Assembly (NCBI GenBank): GCA_016870475.1
Contig: VGBO01000004.1
Coordinates: 4,144-68,143 of the forward strand
Source of the DNA: Actinomycetota bacterium
Lineage (GTDB): Bacteria; Actinomycetota; Acidimicrobiia; Acidimicrobiales; CAIXPF01
DNA length: 64,000 nucleotides
Reading direction: 5' to 3'
Under the pieces are notes generated by a model, which did no database searches, had not been told where the DNA came from, and saw only the letters and a list, made by a program, of their open reading frames with translations. Position numbers and translations under genes: made by a program. Shown here one piece after another: positions 18,902 through 27,264 of this stretch (position 1 is the stretch's first letter; each line of letters opens with the position of its first letter).

Positions 18902-21900
18902 CGGTCGTTCCGCAGCACGAGGCCCTTGTAGCCGTCGCGGAAGCCGCAGCGGCGGAGGTCGGCGGCGAGCGGCGACGAGGCGACGGGGACCCCGTCGATG
19001 CGGGTCAGCTCGATCTGGCGGACGCGTCGCTGGTCGACGAGGGTGCGCAGCAGTCCCGGCCAGTCCGGGTGGTCCGCCGCCGCGGGGAACGTGAGGAGCG
19101 ATCGACCGCCCCGGTCGAGGTGGGCGATCGCCTGCCCGTCGACGACGACGACGTGGGCACCGGCGGCGCGTGCGGGCCGGCCGGCGGAGGGCGGCCAGGG
19201 CAGTGCGGCGCCGAAGGGTTGCGCCGGGTCGGTGACGGCGAGGACGACGCTGACGGGCTCCTCCGGGTCGGGTTCCCGGTAGGACCGGAGGCGGTCCACG
19301 GCGCCCGGGAGGGCGAACTGGGCGGCGCCGAGGCCGGCGACGAAATAGCCGCGCCGCACCTGCCCGCGCTCCTCGAGCTCGCGGAGGACCGGGTACACGC
19401 CGGCGAACCCGCCGTCGGCACCCTCGCCGAGGGCCGCCTCGCGGGTGAGGACCCCGTACCGTTCGAGCAGTTGCAGCGCCCGCGCGAGGCGCGCCTCGGT
19501 CGGGGGTGGGGCCGGGGCGAGGAGCGGACCGACGAGCGACCAGCGCCCTGCCCCGGCGGGCGGTCCGGCGGCGCGGAGTCGACCGGGTCGAGGGCGCGGT
19601 CGGAGGCCCGGGGTCGTGCGGCTCCTCGCCGGTGACCCTGCGAGCAGCGCTCGGAGCGGTTGCAGCGAATCGTTCGTGACGAGCCCCGACCAGACGAGGT
19701 CCCACAGCGCCGTGAGCACAGACGTGTCGTCGGTCGGACCGTTCCCGGTGCGTGCCGCGTGCGCAAGCTCGTGCCAGAAGCTCGCCCCGCGGTCGCCGAG
19801 GTGGTCGAGGAGCGCCCGGTGCAACGGTCCGTCCGGCGGGTCGGACGGGGTGACGCCGGCGAGCAGGGCGGCGGCCTGGTCCCGGAAGAGGAGGCGGACC
19901 CGGCCGTCGGTGCTGCCGATCGCCCCGGCACCGACCCACACGAGGTCGCCGGAGGTGCACAGTGCGTCGAGGTCGCCTGGGGTGTGCCCGGCGAGTCGGA
20001 CGGCGAGCACGTCCCGTTCGAGCACCGACGCGGGGATCGGTGCCCCCTGGAGGACGCCGACCGTCTCGGCGAGCGCGTCGAGGCCGCGCCGTCGGCCGCC
20101 GACCCCCTGCCATGCCGGCAGGAAGCGCGCGAACGCCTCCTGCTCGACGGGTTCCACCTCCCGGCGGAGCACGGCGAGCGAGCGGCGCCGCAGCCGGCGC
20201 AGGACGTCGCTGTCGCACCATTCCGATCCGGTCCCCCCGGGCCGGAACTCGCCGCGCAGGACGCGGCCGTCGGCTTCGAGGGTGCGCAACGCGTCGACGG
20301 CCCGGTCGACCGTGATGCCGTAGCGTTCGGCGACGTCGACGACCTGGAACGGCCCGTGCGTGCGGGCGTGCCGGCCGACGAGACCGACGAGGGGTTCGGG
20401 GACCGGTTCCGTGCAGTGCGTCGGCAGGCCGACCGGGACCGCCGTGCCGAGCGCGTCGCGGAGTCGTCCGGCGTCCTCGGCGGCGGCGAGGCGAGGTTGC
20501 CCGGCCACGACGACGTCGATGATGCGTCGGGCGGCGAGGAGCTCCTCGATGAGCGGTCCGGCGTCGGTGGTGCACCGGGCGGCGATCTCGTCGCGGTCGA
20601 GGGGTCCGAGCAGGCGGAGCAGGTCCCACACCTCGTCACGGTTGCGGGCCCGACGGTCGTCCGCGAGGTGTTGCAGCTCGAGTTCGAGGTCGGCGACGGC
20701 GCCCGCGTCGAGGAGTTCCCGGAGCTCCTCGGTGCCGAGCAGGTCGCGGAGCAGCTCGCGGTCGAGTGCGAGCGCCGCGGCGCGTCGTTCGGCGAGCGGG
20801 GCGTCGCCCTCGTAGAGGTACACGGCCATCCACCCGAACAGCAGCGATGCGGCGAAGGGCGACGCCTTCGGGGTGTCGACGGCGACCATGCGGACCCGAC
20901 GGTTGCGGAGGTCGCCGAGGAGGGTCCGCAGGGCGTCGAGGTCGAAGACGTCGTGGAGGCATTCGCGGGTGGTCTCGAGCAGGAGCGGGAAGGCCGGGTA
21001 CCGGGCGGCGACGCGCAACAGGTCGGCGGCGCGTTGGCGCTGCTGCCACAGCGGCGTACGTCGGTCGGGTCGTCGTCGGGGGAGGAGGAGGGCGCGGCCG
21101 GCGGCCTCGCGGAACCGGGCGGCGAACATCGCGGTCGAGGGCAGGGCGGCGACGACGAGCTCCTCGAGCTCCTCGGGTTCGATGCGGAGGAGGTCGAGGG
21201 GGAGCTCGTCGACCGCTTCGGGGAGTCGGATGACGATCCCGTCGTCGCTCCACAGCATCTCCGGTTCGTCACCCCACGTCGCGCCGAGGCGGTTGCGGAG
21301 CGCCATCGCCCACGGGGCGAGGACTGGCGTGCCGAGGGGGCAGTGGATGCAGATCCGCCAGTCGCCGATCTCGTCCCGGAACCGTTCGACGACGACGGTG
21401 CGGTCGTCGGGCACGATGCCCGTCGCCTCGTGCTGTTCCTCGAGATAGCGCAGCAGGTTGTCGGCGGCGAGGTCGTCGAGCGCGTGCTCGGCGAGCAGCC
21501 GGGCTCGGGCGTCGTTCGGGTCGACGGCGCGGATCTCACGGACGAAGGCCCCGATCGCGACGCCGAGCTCGACGGGTCGACCGGGCCCGTCGCCGTGCCA
21601 GAAGGGCATCTTGCCGGGCTGGCCGGGCGCCGGGGTGACGACCACCCGGTCGAAGGTGATGTCCTCGATCCGCCAGGTCGAGGCGCCGAGGAGGAACGTC
21701 TCGCCGGGTCGTGACTCGTAGACCATCTCCTCGTCGAGTTCGCCGACGCGGGTGCCGTCGGGCAGGAACACGCCGTAGAGCCCGCGGTCGGGGATGGTGC
21801 CCGGATTCGTCACGGCGAGTCGTTGTGCGCCGGGCCGTGCGGTGACGGTGTCGGCGAGCCGGTCCCAGGTGATGCGGGGGCGGAGCTCCGCGAACTCCTC

Positions 21901-23424
21901 GGAGGGGTAGCGGCCGGACAGCAGGTCGAGGACGCCGTTGAGCTGTTCGTCGGAGAGCTCCGCGAAGTTCGCCGCACCGCGCACGGTCGTCGCGACGGCC
22001 GCCCGGTCGAGGTCGTCGACGGCGGTCATCGCGACGATCTGCTGGCAGAGCACGTCGAGGGGGTTGCGCGGGTAGCGGGTCGCCTCGACGAGCCCTTCGC
22101 GCATGCGTCTGGCGACGACGGCCGTCTCCACCAGGTCGGCCCGGTGCTTCGGGAACAACTTGCCGTGCGAGGGTGCGCCGACCTGGTGGCCGGCCCGCCC
22201 GACGCGTTGGAGGCCGCTGGCGACGGCACCGGGGGAGGCGACCTGCACGACGAGGTCGACGGCGCCCATGTCGATGCCGAGCTCGAGGGAGGAGGTGGCG
22301 ACGAGCGCGCGGAGTCGGCCGCTCTTCAGCTCGTCCTCCACGATCAGGCGACGTTCGCGGGACAGCGAGCCGTGGTGGGCCTTCACGAGTTCCGCGTCGG
22401 CGGCGGTGGGGTCGCCGTCGTGGTCGTTGCCGGCCTCGGCGAGCCGCTCGAGGTGGAGCTCGTTGAGGCGGGCGGCGAGTCGTTCGGCGAGCCGCCGGGC
22501 GTTCACGAACACGATGGTGGAGCGGTGCGCGTCGATGAGGTCGAGCAGTCGCGGGTGCACGGCGGGCCAGATCGAGCGGCGGACCGGCCCGCCGGCGAGG
22601 TCGCCGGATGCGGCCTCGTCCTCGATCGTGCCGAGCGCACCGAGGTCGGGGACGGGGACGATCACCTCGAGGTCGAGGGGTTTGCGGATGCCGGTGTCCA
22701 CGATCGTGACCGGGCGCTCCCGTCCCGTCGTCGGGTCGTTCCCGCCGAGGAACCGTGCGATCTCGGTGAGTGGGCGTTGCGTCGCGGAGAGCCCGATGCG
22801 CTGCGGCGGGCGCTCGGTGACCCGGGCGAGTCGTTCGAGGGTGAGCGCGAGGTGCGCGCCCCGTTTGGTGCGGGCGAGCGCGTGGATCTCGTCGACGATG
22901 ACCGTCTCGACGTTCCGCAGGGTCTCCCGGGCGCGCGACGTCAACAGCAGGTAGAGCGATTCGGGGGTGGTGATGAGGATGTCGGGCGGGTTGCGGACGA
23001 GGGACCGGCGGACGTCGGCCGGGGTGTCGCCGGTGCGGACGCCCACTTCGGGGACGGTCACCGGCGTGCCGAGTCGTTCGCCGGCGAGGGCGATGCCGGC
23101 GAGTGGGGTGCGCAGGTTCTTGTCGACGTCGACGGCGAGGGCCCGCAGCGGCGACACGTAGACGAGCCGGGTGCGTGCGGCTCGGTCCGGTGGTGGGGTC
23201 CCGGTGAGACGGTCGAGGCCCCACAGGAACGCGCTGAGCGTCTTGCCGGAACCGGTCGGGGCGAGGACGAGCGTGTGCTCACCCCGTGCGATCGCCGGCC
23301 AGGCGGCCCGTTGCGCAGGGGTCGCCTCGCCGAAGGTGGTCCGGAGCCACGCGCGCACCGGCGGCGCGAACACGTCGAGCACGTCGTCGCCGTCCGGTTC
23401 GATTGGGGTCGACGTCTGCTCCAC
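18898..23424 (-). CDS. lhr: ATP-dependent helicase Lhr (large helicase-related, superfamily 2)
   Basis: 1508-aa ORF with [15 protein letters not shown] (motif I), VIVDEIHAL (DExH), [12 protein letters not shown] and QRVGRAGH. The size and long C-terminal extension are typical of Lhr. An SD (GAAGGA) precedes GTG 23424. Confidence 0.95.
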   Translation of the reverse strand: MEQTSTPIEPDGDDVLDVFAPPVRAWLRTTFGEATPAQRAAWPAIARGEHTLVLAPTGSGKTLSAFLWGLDRLTGTPPPDRAARTRLVYVSPLRALAVDVDKNLRTPLAGIALAGERLGTPVTVPEVGVRTGDTPADVRRSLVRNPPDILITTPESLYLLLTSRARETLRNVETVIVDEIHALARTKRGAHLALTLERLARVTERPPQRIGLSATQRPLTEIARFLGGNDPTTGRERPVTIVDTGIRKPLDLEVIVPVPDLGALGTIEDEAASGDLAGGPVRRSIWPAVHPRLLDLIDAHRSTIVFVNARRLAERLAARLNELHLERLAEAGNDHDGDPTAADAELVKAHHGSLSRERRLIVEDELKSGRLRALVATSSLELGIDMGAVDLVVQVASPGAVASGLQRVGRAGHQVGAPSHGKLFPKHRADLVETAVVARRMREGLVEATRYPRNPLDVLCQQIVAMTAVDDLDRAAVATTVRGAANFAELSDEQLNGVLDLLSGRYPSEEFAELRPRITWDRLADTVTARPGAQRLAVTNPGTIPDRGLYGVFLPDGTRVGELDEEMVYESRPGETFLLGASTWRIEDITFDRVVVTPAPGQPGKMPFWHGDGPGRPVELGVAIGAFVREIRAVDPNDARARLLAEHALDDLAADNLLRYLEEQHEATGIVPDDRTVVVERFRDEIGDWRICIHCPLGTPVLAPWAMALRNRLGATWGDEPEMLWSDDGIVIRLPEAVDELPLDLLRIEPEELEELVVAALPSTAMFAARFREAAGRALLLPRRRPDRRTPLWQQRQRAADLLRVAARYPAFPLLLETTRECLHDVFDLDALRTLLGDLRNRRVRMVAVDTPKASPFAASLLFGWMAVYLYEGDAPLAERRAAALALDRELLRDLLGTEELRELLDAGAVADLELELQHLADDRRARNRDEVWDLLRLLGPLDRDEIAARCTTDAGPLIEELLAARRIIDVVVAGQPRLAAAEDAGRLRDALGTAVPVGLPTHCTEPVPEPLVGLVGRHARTHGPFQVVDVAERYGITVDRAVDALRTLEADGRVLRGEFRPGGTGSEWCDSDVLRRLRRRSLAVLRREVEPVEQEAFARFLPAWQGVGGRRRGLDALAETVGVLQGAPIPASVLERDVLAVRLAGHTPGDLDALCTSGDLVWVGAGAIGSTDGRVRLLFRDQAAALLAGVTPSDPPDGPLHRALLDHLGDRGASFWHELAHAARTGNGPTDDTSVLTALWDLVWSGLVTNDSLQPLRALLAGSPARSRTTPGLRPRPRPGRLRAAGPPAGAGRWSLVGPLLAPAPPPTEARLARALQLLERYGVLTREAALGEGADGGFAGVYPVLRELEERGQVRRGYFVAGLGAAQFALPGAVDRLRSYREPDPEEPVSVVLAVTDPAQPFGAALPWPPSAGRPARAAGAHVVVVDGQAIAHLDRGGRSLLTFPAAADHPDWPGLLRTLVDQRRVRQIELTRIDGVPVASSPLAADLRRCGFRDGYKGLVLRNDR

Positions 23425-23491
23425 CGTCCTTCACGTTAGGAGCATGCGCTCTGGGTCCCCCGAGGCCGGGCCTGGCTGGGAGGATGCCCGG

Positions 23492-24295
23492 GTGCCCGAG
23501 GGCGACACGATCTGGCGGGTCGCCGCCCGTCTGCGACCGGCGCTCGTCGGTCGGGAGGTGCGGCGGTTCGAGGCGCCGCGCCTCGTCGGGCCGCGGCCGC
23601 GCACCGGTGAGGTCGTCCAGGCGGTCGACGCGGTCGGCAAGCACCTGCTCGTGCGGTTCTCCTCGGGCGTGGTGGTGCGCACCCATCTGCGGATGACGGG
23701 CTCGTGGCACCTGTACCGGGACGGGGAGCCCTGGCGTCGAGCGGCGCACCTCGCCCGACTCGTCGTCGGCGTCGACGGGTGGACGGCGGTGTGCTTCTCG
23801 GCGCCGGTCGTCCGGTCGAGCGTCGACGCCGCCGACGGCGTCGCCCACCTCGGTCCCGACCTCACGTCCCCCGAACCGGATCTCGACGTCGCCGTCGACC
23901 GCCTCGGCCGTCTCGCCGAGGCCGGCACGTGCATCGCCGACGCCCTGCTCGACCAGCGGGTGGCGGCGGGGATCGGCAACGTCTACAAGTCGGAGGTGCT
24001 GTGGGCGTTGCGGGTGCACCCGCGCACGCCGGTGGCCGCCATCGACCCCGCGACCCGACGCGGCCTGCTCGAGCGGGCGCACGCACTGCTGCGGGCGAAC
24101 CTCGGACCGGGTCGGCGGGTGACGGCACCGACGGTCCCCGGCGGTCTGGCGGTGTACGGACGGTCGGGGCGGGGCTGTCCGCGTTGCGGCACCCCCATCG
24201 TGCGAAGCGTGGTCGGCGTCACGGCGCGGAGCACCTACCACTGTCCCCGCTGTCAGGAGCCGACGTCGGCCACGGACGGTACGCTGCGCGCATGA
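23492..24295 (+). CDS. nei: Fpg/Nei family DNA glycosylase (endonuclease VIII-like)
   Basis: GTG 23492 gives (M)PEGDTIWR, with catalytic Pro2/Glu3. An H2TH region is present (LLDQRVAAGIGNVYKSEVLW), and a C-terminal zinc finger (CPRCGTPI...YHCPRCQ). SD GGGAGGA lies upstream. Confidence 0.87.
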   Translation: MPEGDTIWRVAARLRPALVGREVRRFEAPRLVGPRPRTGEVVQAVDAVGKHLLVRFSSGVVVRTHLRMTGSWHLYRDGEPWRRAAHLARLVVGVDGWTAVCFSAPVVRSSVDAADGVAHLGPDLTSPEPDLDVAVDRLGRLAEAGTCIADALLDQRVAAGIGNVYKSEVLWALRVHPRTPVAAIDPATRRGLLERAHALLRANLGPGRRVTAPTVPGGLAVYGRSGRGCPRCGTPIVRSVVGVTARSTYHCPRCQEPTSATDGTLRA

Positions 24296-24834
24296 CGGTG
24301 AGGTTCCTCGATCCACGGGCGGAGCCGGGTGCGCCGGTCGAGCCGTACACACTCGGCATCGATCTCGGGTCCGGCCCGGTGACGATCGGCATGTTGGCGA
24401 ACGGGTTCCCGGACTCGGTGCCGTTCCTCGCCGAGGTCGAGACGGCGTTGCGGACGGTGCTGCCCGACGCCCGGTTCGTGCACTACGACAAGGGCAACGC
24501 GTCGACGATCGCATCGGACGAGCTGCTCGGGCGGATCGTCGGTGAGTGCCAGGCGGTCGTCGCCGCGTACGGCCATTGAGGGTCCTGCACCACCGGCACC
24601 GTGCGTGACGGCGTGAACCTGGCGAGGCGGGACGTCCCCGCAGTGGCGCTCGTCTCCTCCGAGTTCTGGGCGCAGGGCGAGTTCATCGCCCGTTCGGTCG
24701 GCATGCCCGACATCCCCCGGGTCTGCTTCGAGCACCCGGTCGCCGGTGCGGGGGTGGCCGTGATGCGCCGCGTCGCCGCCGCGATCCGTGACGACATCGT
24801 CGCGTCGCTCGCCGCGCGGGGAGTCGCGTCGTGA
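24292..24834 (+). CDS. candidate UGSC-motif selenoprotein (two track ORFs joined through in-frame TGA 24577-24579)
   Basis: ORFs 24292..24579 and 24601..24834 share one frame. The only stop between them is one TGA. Read-through gives ...ECQAVVAAYGH-U-GSCTTGTVRDGVNLARRDVPAVALV... The ATG overlaps the nei stop (ATGA), and the terminal stop overlaps the next gene's GTG (GTGA). Confidence 0.7.
24577..24579 (+). other. in-frame UGA, candidate selenocysteine codon (U of UGSC)
   Basis: The TGA is flanked by GGC CAT and GGG TCC TGC. A stem-loop lies at 24582-24609 (GUCCUGCAC-N10-GUGCGUGAC). Confidence 0.6.
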
Positions 24835-25913
24835 GCGTCCTGCTCGAGGCGGCGGACGAGTACGCGGCGCTCGAGCGGTTGCACGACCTCGGCTGCACCG
24901 ACGGGCTGCCGGTCGTGGTCCCCACCCCCGACCGGGTGGAGCGGATGGTCGTGGCGTCGGGCCTCCCCGGTGACGTGAGCCTCGGGACGATGGGCCCGAA
25001 CCACGGCAACGCCTCGATCGAGACCGTCGCGGCGTGCGCGGTCATGGCGGGTTGCCTACCCGACCACCTGCCGGTGGTGCTCGGCGCGGTCCGCGCCGCG
25101 CTCGACCCGAGGTTCGATCTCACCGAACTGCAGGCGACGACGCACGCGATCGCTCCGTTCATGATCGTGAACGGCCCGGCCCGGCACGCGTGCGGGCCGA
25201 TCGCCTCCGGATTCGGTGCGCTCGGTCCGGGGTTCCGGGCGAACGCGTCGATCGGACGGGCGTTGCGGTTGTGCATGATCAACATCGGCGGCGCACGGGC
25301 GGGGGTGTCGGACATGGCGCTGCTCGGCCATTCCGGCAAGTTCACGTTCTGCATGGCGGAGGACGAGGAGTCCTCGCCGTTCGAGCCGTTGCACGTCGCG
25401 CTCGGGTACGACCCGTCGGCGTCGACGGTGACGCTCGTGGGCACGGAGGCGCCGCACTCGGTGATCTTCGTCGGCGATGCGGACGACCCGACGGCACCGG
25501 ATCGCCTGTTGACGACGCTGGGCCTGAGCCTGGCGACGGTCGGTGCGAACAACGCCCACTTCGGCGGTGGCACCGGTGTGGTCGTGCTGAACCCGGATCA
25601 CGCCGCGGTGTTGCACCGTGCGGGCCTCGACCGCCGTTCGCTGGCCGAGGCGATCTGGGAGCGGGCGGCGAACCCGCGATCGCTCATGGCCCGGCTGAAC
25701 CCGTCGATGGTGCGTCCGCCGTCGGGTGCCGACGAGCCGTTCCGGGCCTTCCGGTCGCCGGACGACCTCGTGATCATCGCGGGTGGCGGCTCGGGCCTGT
25801 ACTCGATGGTGTTGCCGTCGTGGGCGGCTGGTCCGCACGCGAACCCTGCGGTCACCGCCGTGGTGGACCTCGACCAGGCGTGTGAGATCCCGGGGTTCGC
25901 CGGATCGGCGTAG
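24831..25913 (+). CDS. conserved-looking hypothetical protein (360 aa), translationally coupled to the UGSC gene
   Basis: The ORF has globular, non-shadow composition (LGCTDGLPVVVPTPDRVERMV...; FMIVNGPARHACGPIASGFGALGPGFRANASIGRALRLCMINIGG...). GTG 24831 overlaps the upstream stop (GTGA). I recognise no family. Confidence 0.75.
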   Translation: MSVLLEAADEYAALERLHDLGCTDGLPVVVPTPDRVERMVVASGLPGDVSLGTMGPNHGNASIETVAACAVMAGCLPDHLPVVLGAVRAALDPRFDLTELQATTHAIAPFMIVNGPARHACGPIASGFGALGPGFRANASIGRALRLCMINIGGARAGVSDMALLGHSGKFTFCMAEDEESSPFEPLHVALGYDPSASTVTLVGTEAPHSVIFVGDADDPTAPDRLLTTLGLSLATVGANNAHFGGGTGVVVLNPDHAAVLHRAGLDRRSLAEAIWERAANPRSLMARLNPSMVRPPSGADEPFRAFRSPDDLVIIAGGGSGLYSMVLPSWAAGPHANPAVTAVVDLDQACEIPGFAGSA

Positions 25914-25920
25914 CCGGCGT

Positions 25921-26775
25921 TCAGATCCCCCGGCGGACGGGGGGCAGGTCGGCGTAGACGGCCGGCCGCTTGTCGGCCATCGCCCGGAACGCCTCCGCCA
26001 TGTCGTCGGGGTCGAGCATCGACGCGTTCCAGGTGGCGATGTACTCGAGCCCGTCGGCGATGGTGTGCTCGCGGGCGTAGGCCATCGTCTGCTTCGTACC
26101 GTGAACGGCGAGCGGGCTCTTCGACGCGATCTCCGCCGCGACGGCGTGCACGCCCTCGAGGAGCGCGGTGTGGTCGGGGAACACCTCGTTCACGAGGCCG
26201 ACCTCCCGGGCCCGGGCGGCGGGCATGCGGCGGCCCGTGTAGGCGAGCTCGGCGACGACGCCGGGCGGGACGAGCTTGGGCAGCCGCTGGAGGGTGCCGA
26301 CGTCGGCGGTCATGCCGATGTTGATCTCCTGGATGCAGAAGAACGCATCCTCGGTCGCGTACCGCAGGTCGGCGGCGGTGACCATGTCGACGCCGCCGCC
26401 GACGCACGCGCCCTGGATGGCGGCGATCACCGGCATGCGGGCCCGCTCGAGGCAGGTGAACGTCTCCTGCAGGTGCATCGCCATCGCTCGGAACCCGCTC
26501 GCGAGCCGCGCCCGGCTGCGGGGGCCGTGCCCGCCGTCGTGTGCGAGACCGCCTTCGCCGGTGAACACGGTGGTGTCCATGCCGGAGCAGAAGTGGCGAC
26601 CTTCTGCCGACAGCACGATCACCCGCGCTCGTCCTTCGTCGGACAGCGTGTTGACGATCTCGGGGAGTTCGGTCCAGAACGCCGGGATCATCGAGTTGGC
26701 CCGTTCCGGCCGGATCATGCGGATGTGGGCGACGTGGTCGACGGTGTCGACGGCGAAGCAGGTGGTCGTGGTCAC
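25921..26775 (-). CDS. enoyl-CoA hydratase/isomerase family protein (dienoyl-CoA isomerase-like)
   Basis: GTG 26775 gives VTTTTCFAVDTVDHVAHIRMIRPERANSM...VLSAEGRHFCSGMD...VIAAIQGACVGGGVDMVTAADLRYA... Confidence 0.85.
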   Translation of the reverse strand: MTTTTCFAVDTVDHVAHIRMIRPERANSMIPAFWTELPEIVNTLSDEGRARVIVLSAEGRHFCSGMDTTVFTGEGGLAHDGGHGPRSRARLASGFRAMAMHLQETFTCLERARMPVIAAIQGACVGGGVDMVTAADLRYATEDAFFCIQEINIGMTADVGTLQRLPKLVPPGVVAELAYTGRRMPAARAREVGLVNEVFPDHTALLEGVHAVAAEIASKSPLAVHGTKQTMAYAREHTIADGLEYIATWNASMLDPDDMAEAFRAMADKRPAVYADLPPVRRGI

Positions 26776-26798
26776 GCCGCCAGGGTAGGGCGAACGCG

Positions 26799-27200
26799 TC
26801 AGGCCCGTCCCATGATCCGGTCGACGGTGATCTCGATCGTGGCGCGGTCCGCCCGGGCGGCGGGTTCTCGGTACCGCTCGGCGTAGCGCCGGACCCCCTC
26901 GGCGTTGGCGTCGTCGTCGGTGCGGAGCGTCGCCGCGCCCTCGAGGGTTAGCCAGCGCCCGCCGTCGACCTGGCACACGGCGACCCGGCTGCCGGGTGCG
27001 GCGGCGAGCAGCTTCGCCTTCACCGATCCGGTCCAGGTGATGATCCGGGCGGTGCGGGTCGAGGCGTCGTAGCTGAACCCGATCGGGGTCACGTGCGGGG
27101 TGCCGTCCGGGCGCGGTGCGGTGAGGGTGGCGAGGTGTCGTTCACGGAGGAACTCGAGCACGTCGGCGGGCGGATCGGCGGGGTCGATGCGGGGTGCCAT
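26799..27200 (-). CDS. PPOX-class (pyridoxamine 5'-phosphate oxidase-like, probably F420/FMN-dependent) protein
   Basis: 133-aa ORF: LEFLRERHLATLTAPRPDGTPHVTPIGFSYD...ARIITWTGSVKAKLL. Confidence 0.8.
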   Translation of the reverse strand: MAPRIDPADPPADVLEFLRERHLATLTAPRPDGTPHVTPIGFSYDASTRTARIITWTGSVKAKLLAAAPGSRVAVCQVDGGRWLTLEGAATLRTDDDANAEGVRRYAERYREPAARADRATIEITVDRIMGRA

Positions 27201-27208
27201 TCACGTCA

Positions 27209-27214
27209 ATGTTA
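27209..27214 (-). promoter_or_regulatory. -10-like TAACAT, 8 nt upstream of the PPOX ATG (leaderless-type)
   Basis: Minus strand reads TAACAT tgacgtga ATG. Confidence 0.4.
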
Positions 27215-27250
27215 GGGGCGGGCCGCGGCGTGGACAGCCGGTCGGAGTCG

Positions 27251-27256
27251 TATGCT
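27251..27256 (+). promoter_or_regulatory. -10-like TATGCT, 8 nt upstream of the cyclase ATG (leaderless-type)
   Basis: Read directly: TATGCT caggcgtc ATG. Confidence 0.4.
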
Positions 27257-27264
27257 CAGGCGTC

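Noticed and set aside
18902-20629. N-terminal 576 aa of the 895-aa ORF 17942..20629
   Set aside because: This region overlaps the Lhr coding region in another frame and is Arg/Pro-rich. The real gene starts at ATG 18901, which overlaps the lhr stop.
23425-23491. SOS/LexA-type box in the lhr-nei divergent region
   Set aside because: No TCGAAC-N4-GTTCGA-like palindrome or other obvious inverted repeat is present.
24577-24579. Alternative reading of the two in-frame TGAs (also 62945-62947) as pseudogene-forming nonsense mutations or sequencing errors
   Set aside because: I considered this less likely than Sec recoding. Both TGAs fall exactly on the first Cys of a CxxC-type motif, in families with reported Sec forms. 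No other lesions are present, both frames are embedded in 4-nt-overlap operons, and both share a downstream 8-mer at the same offset. It cannot be excluded without the rest of the genome.
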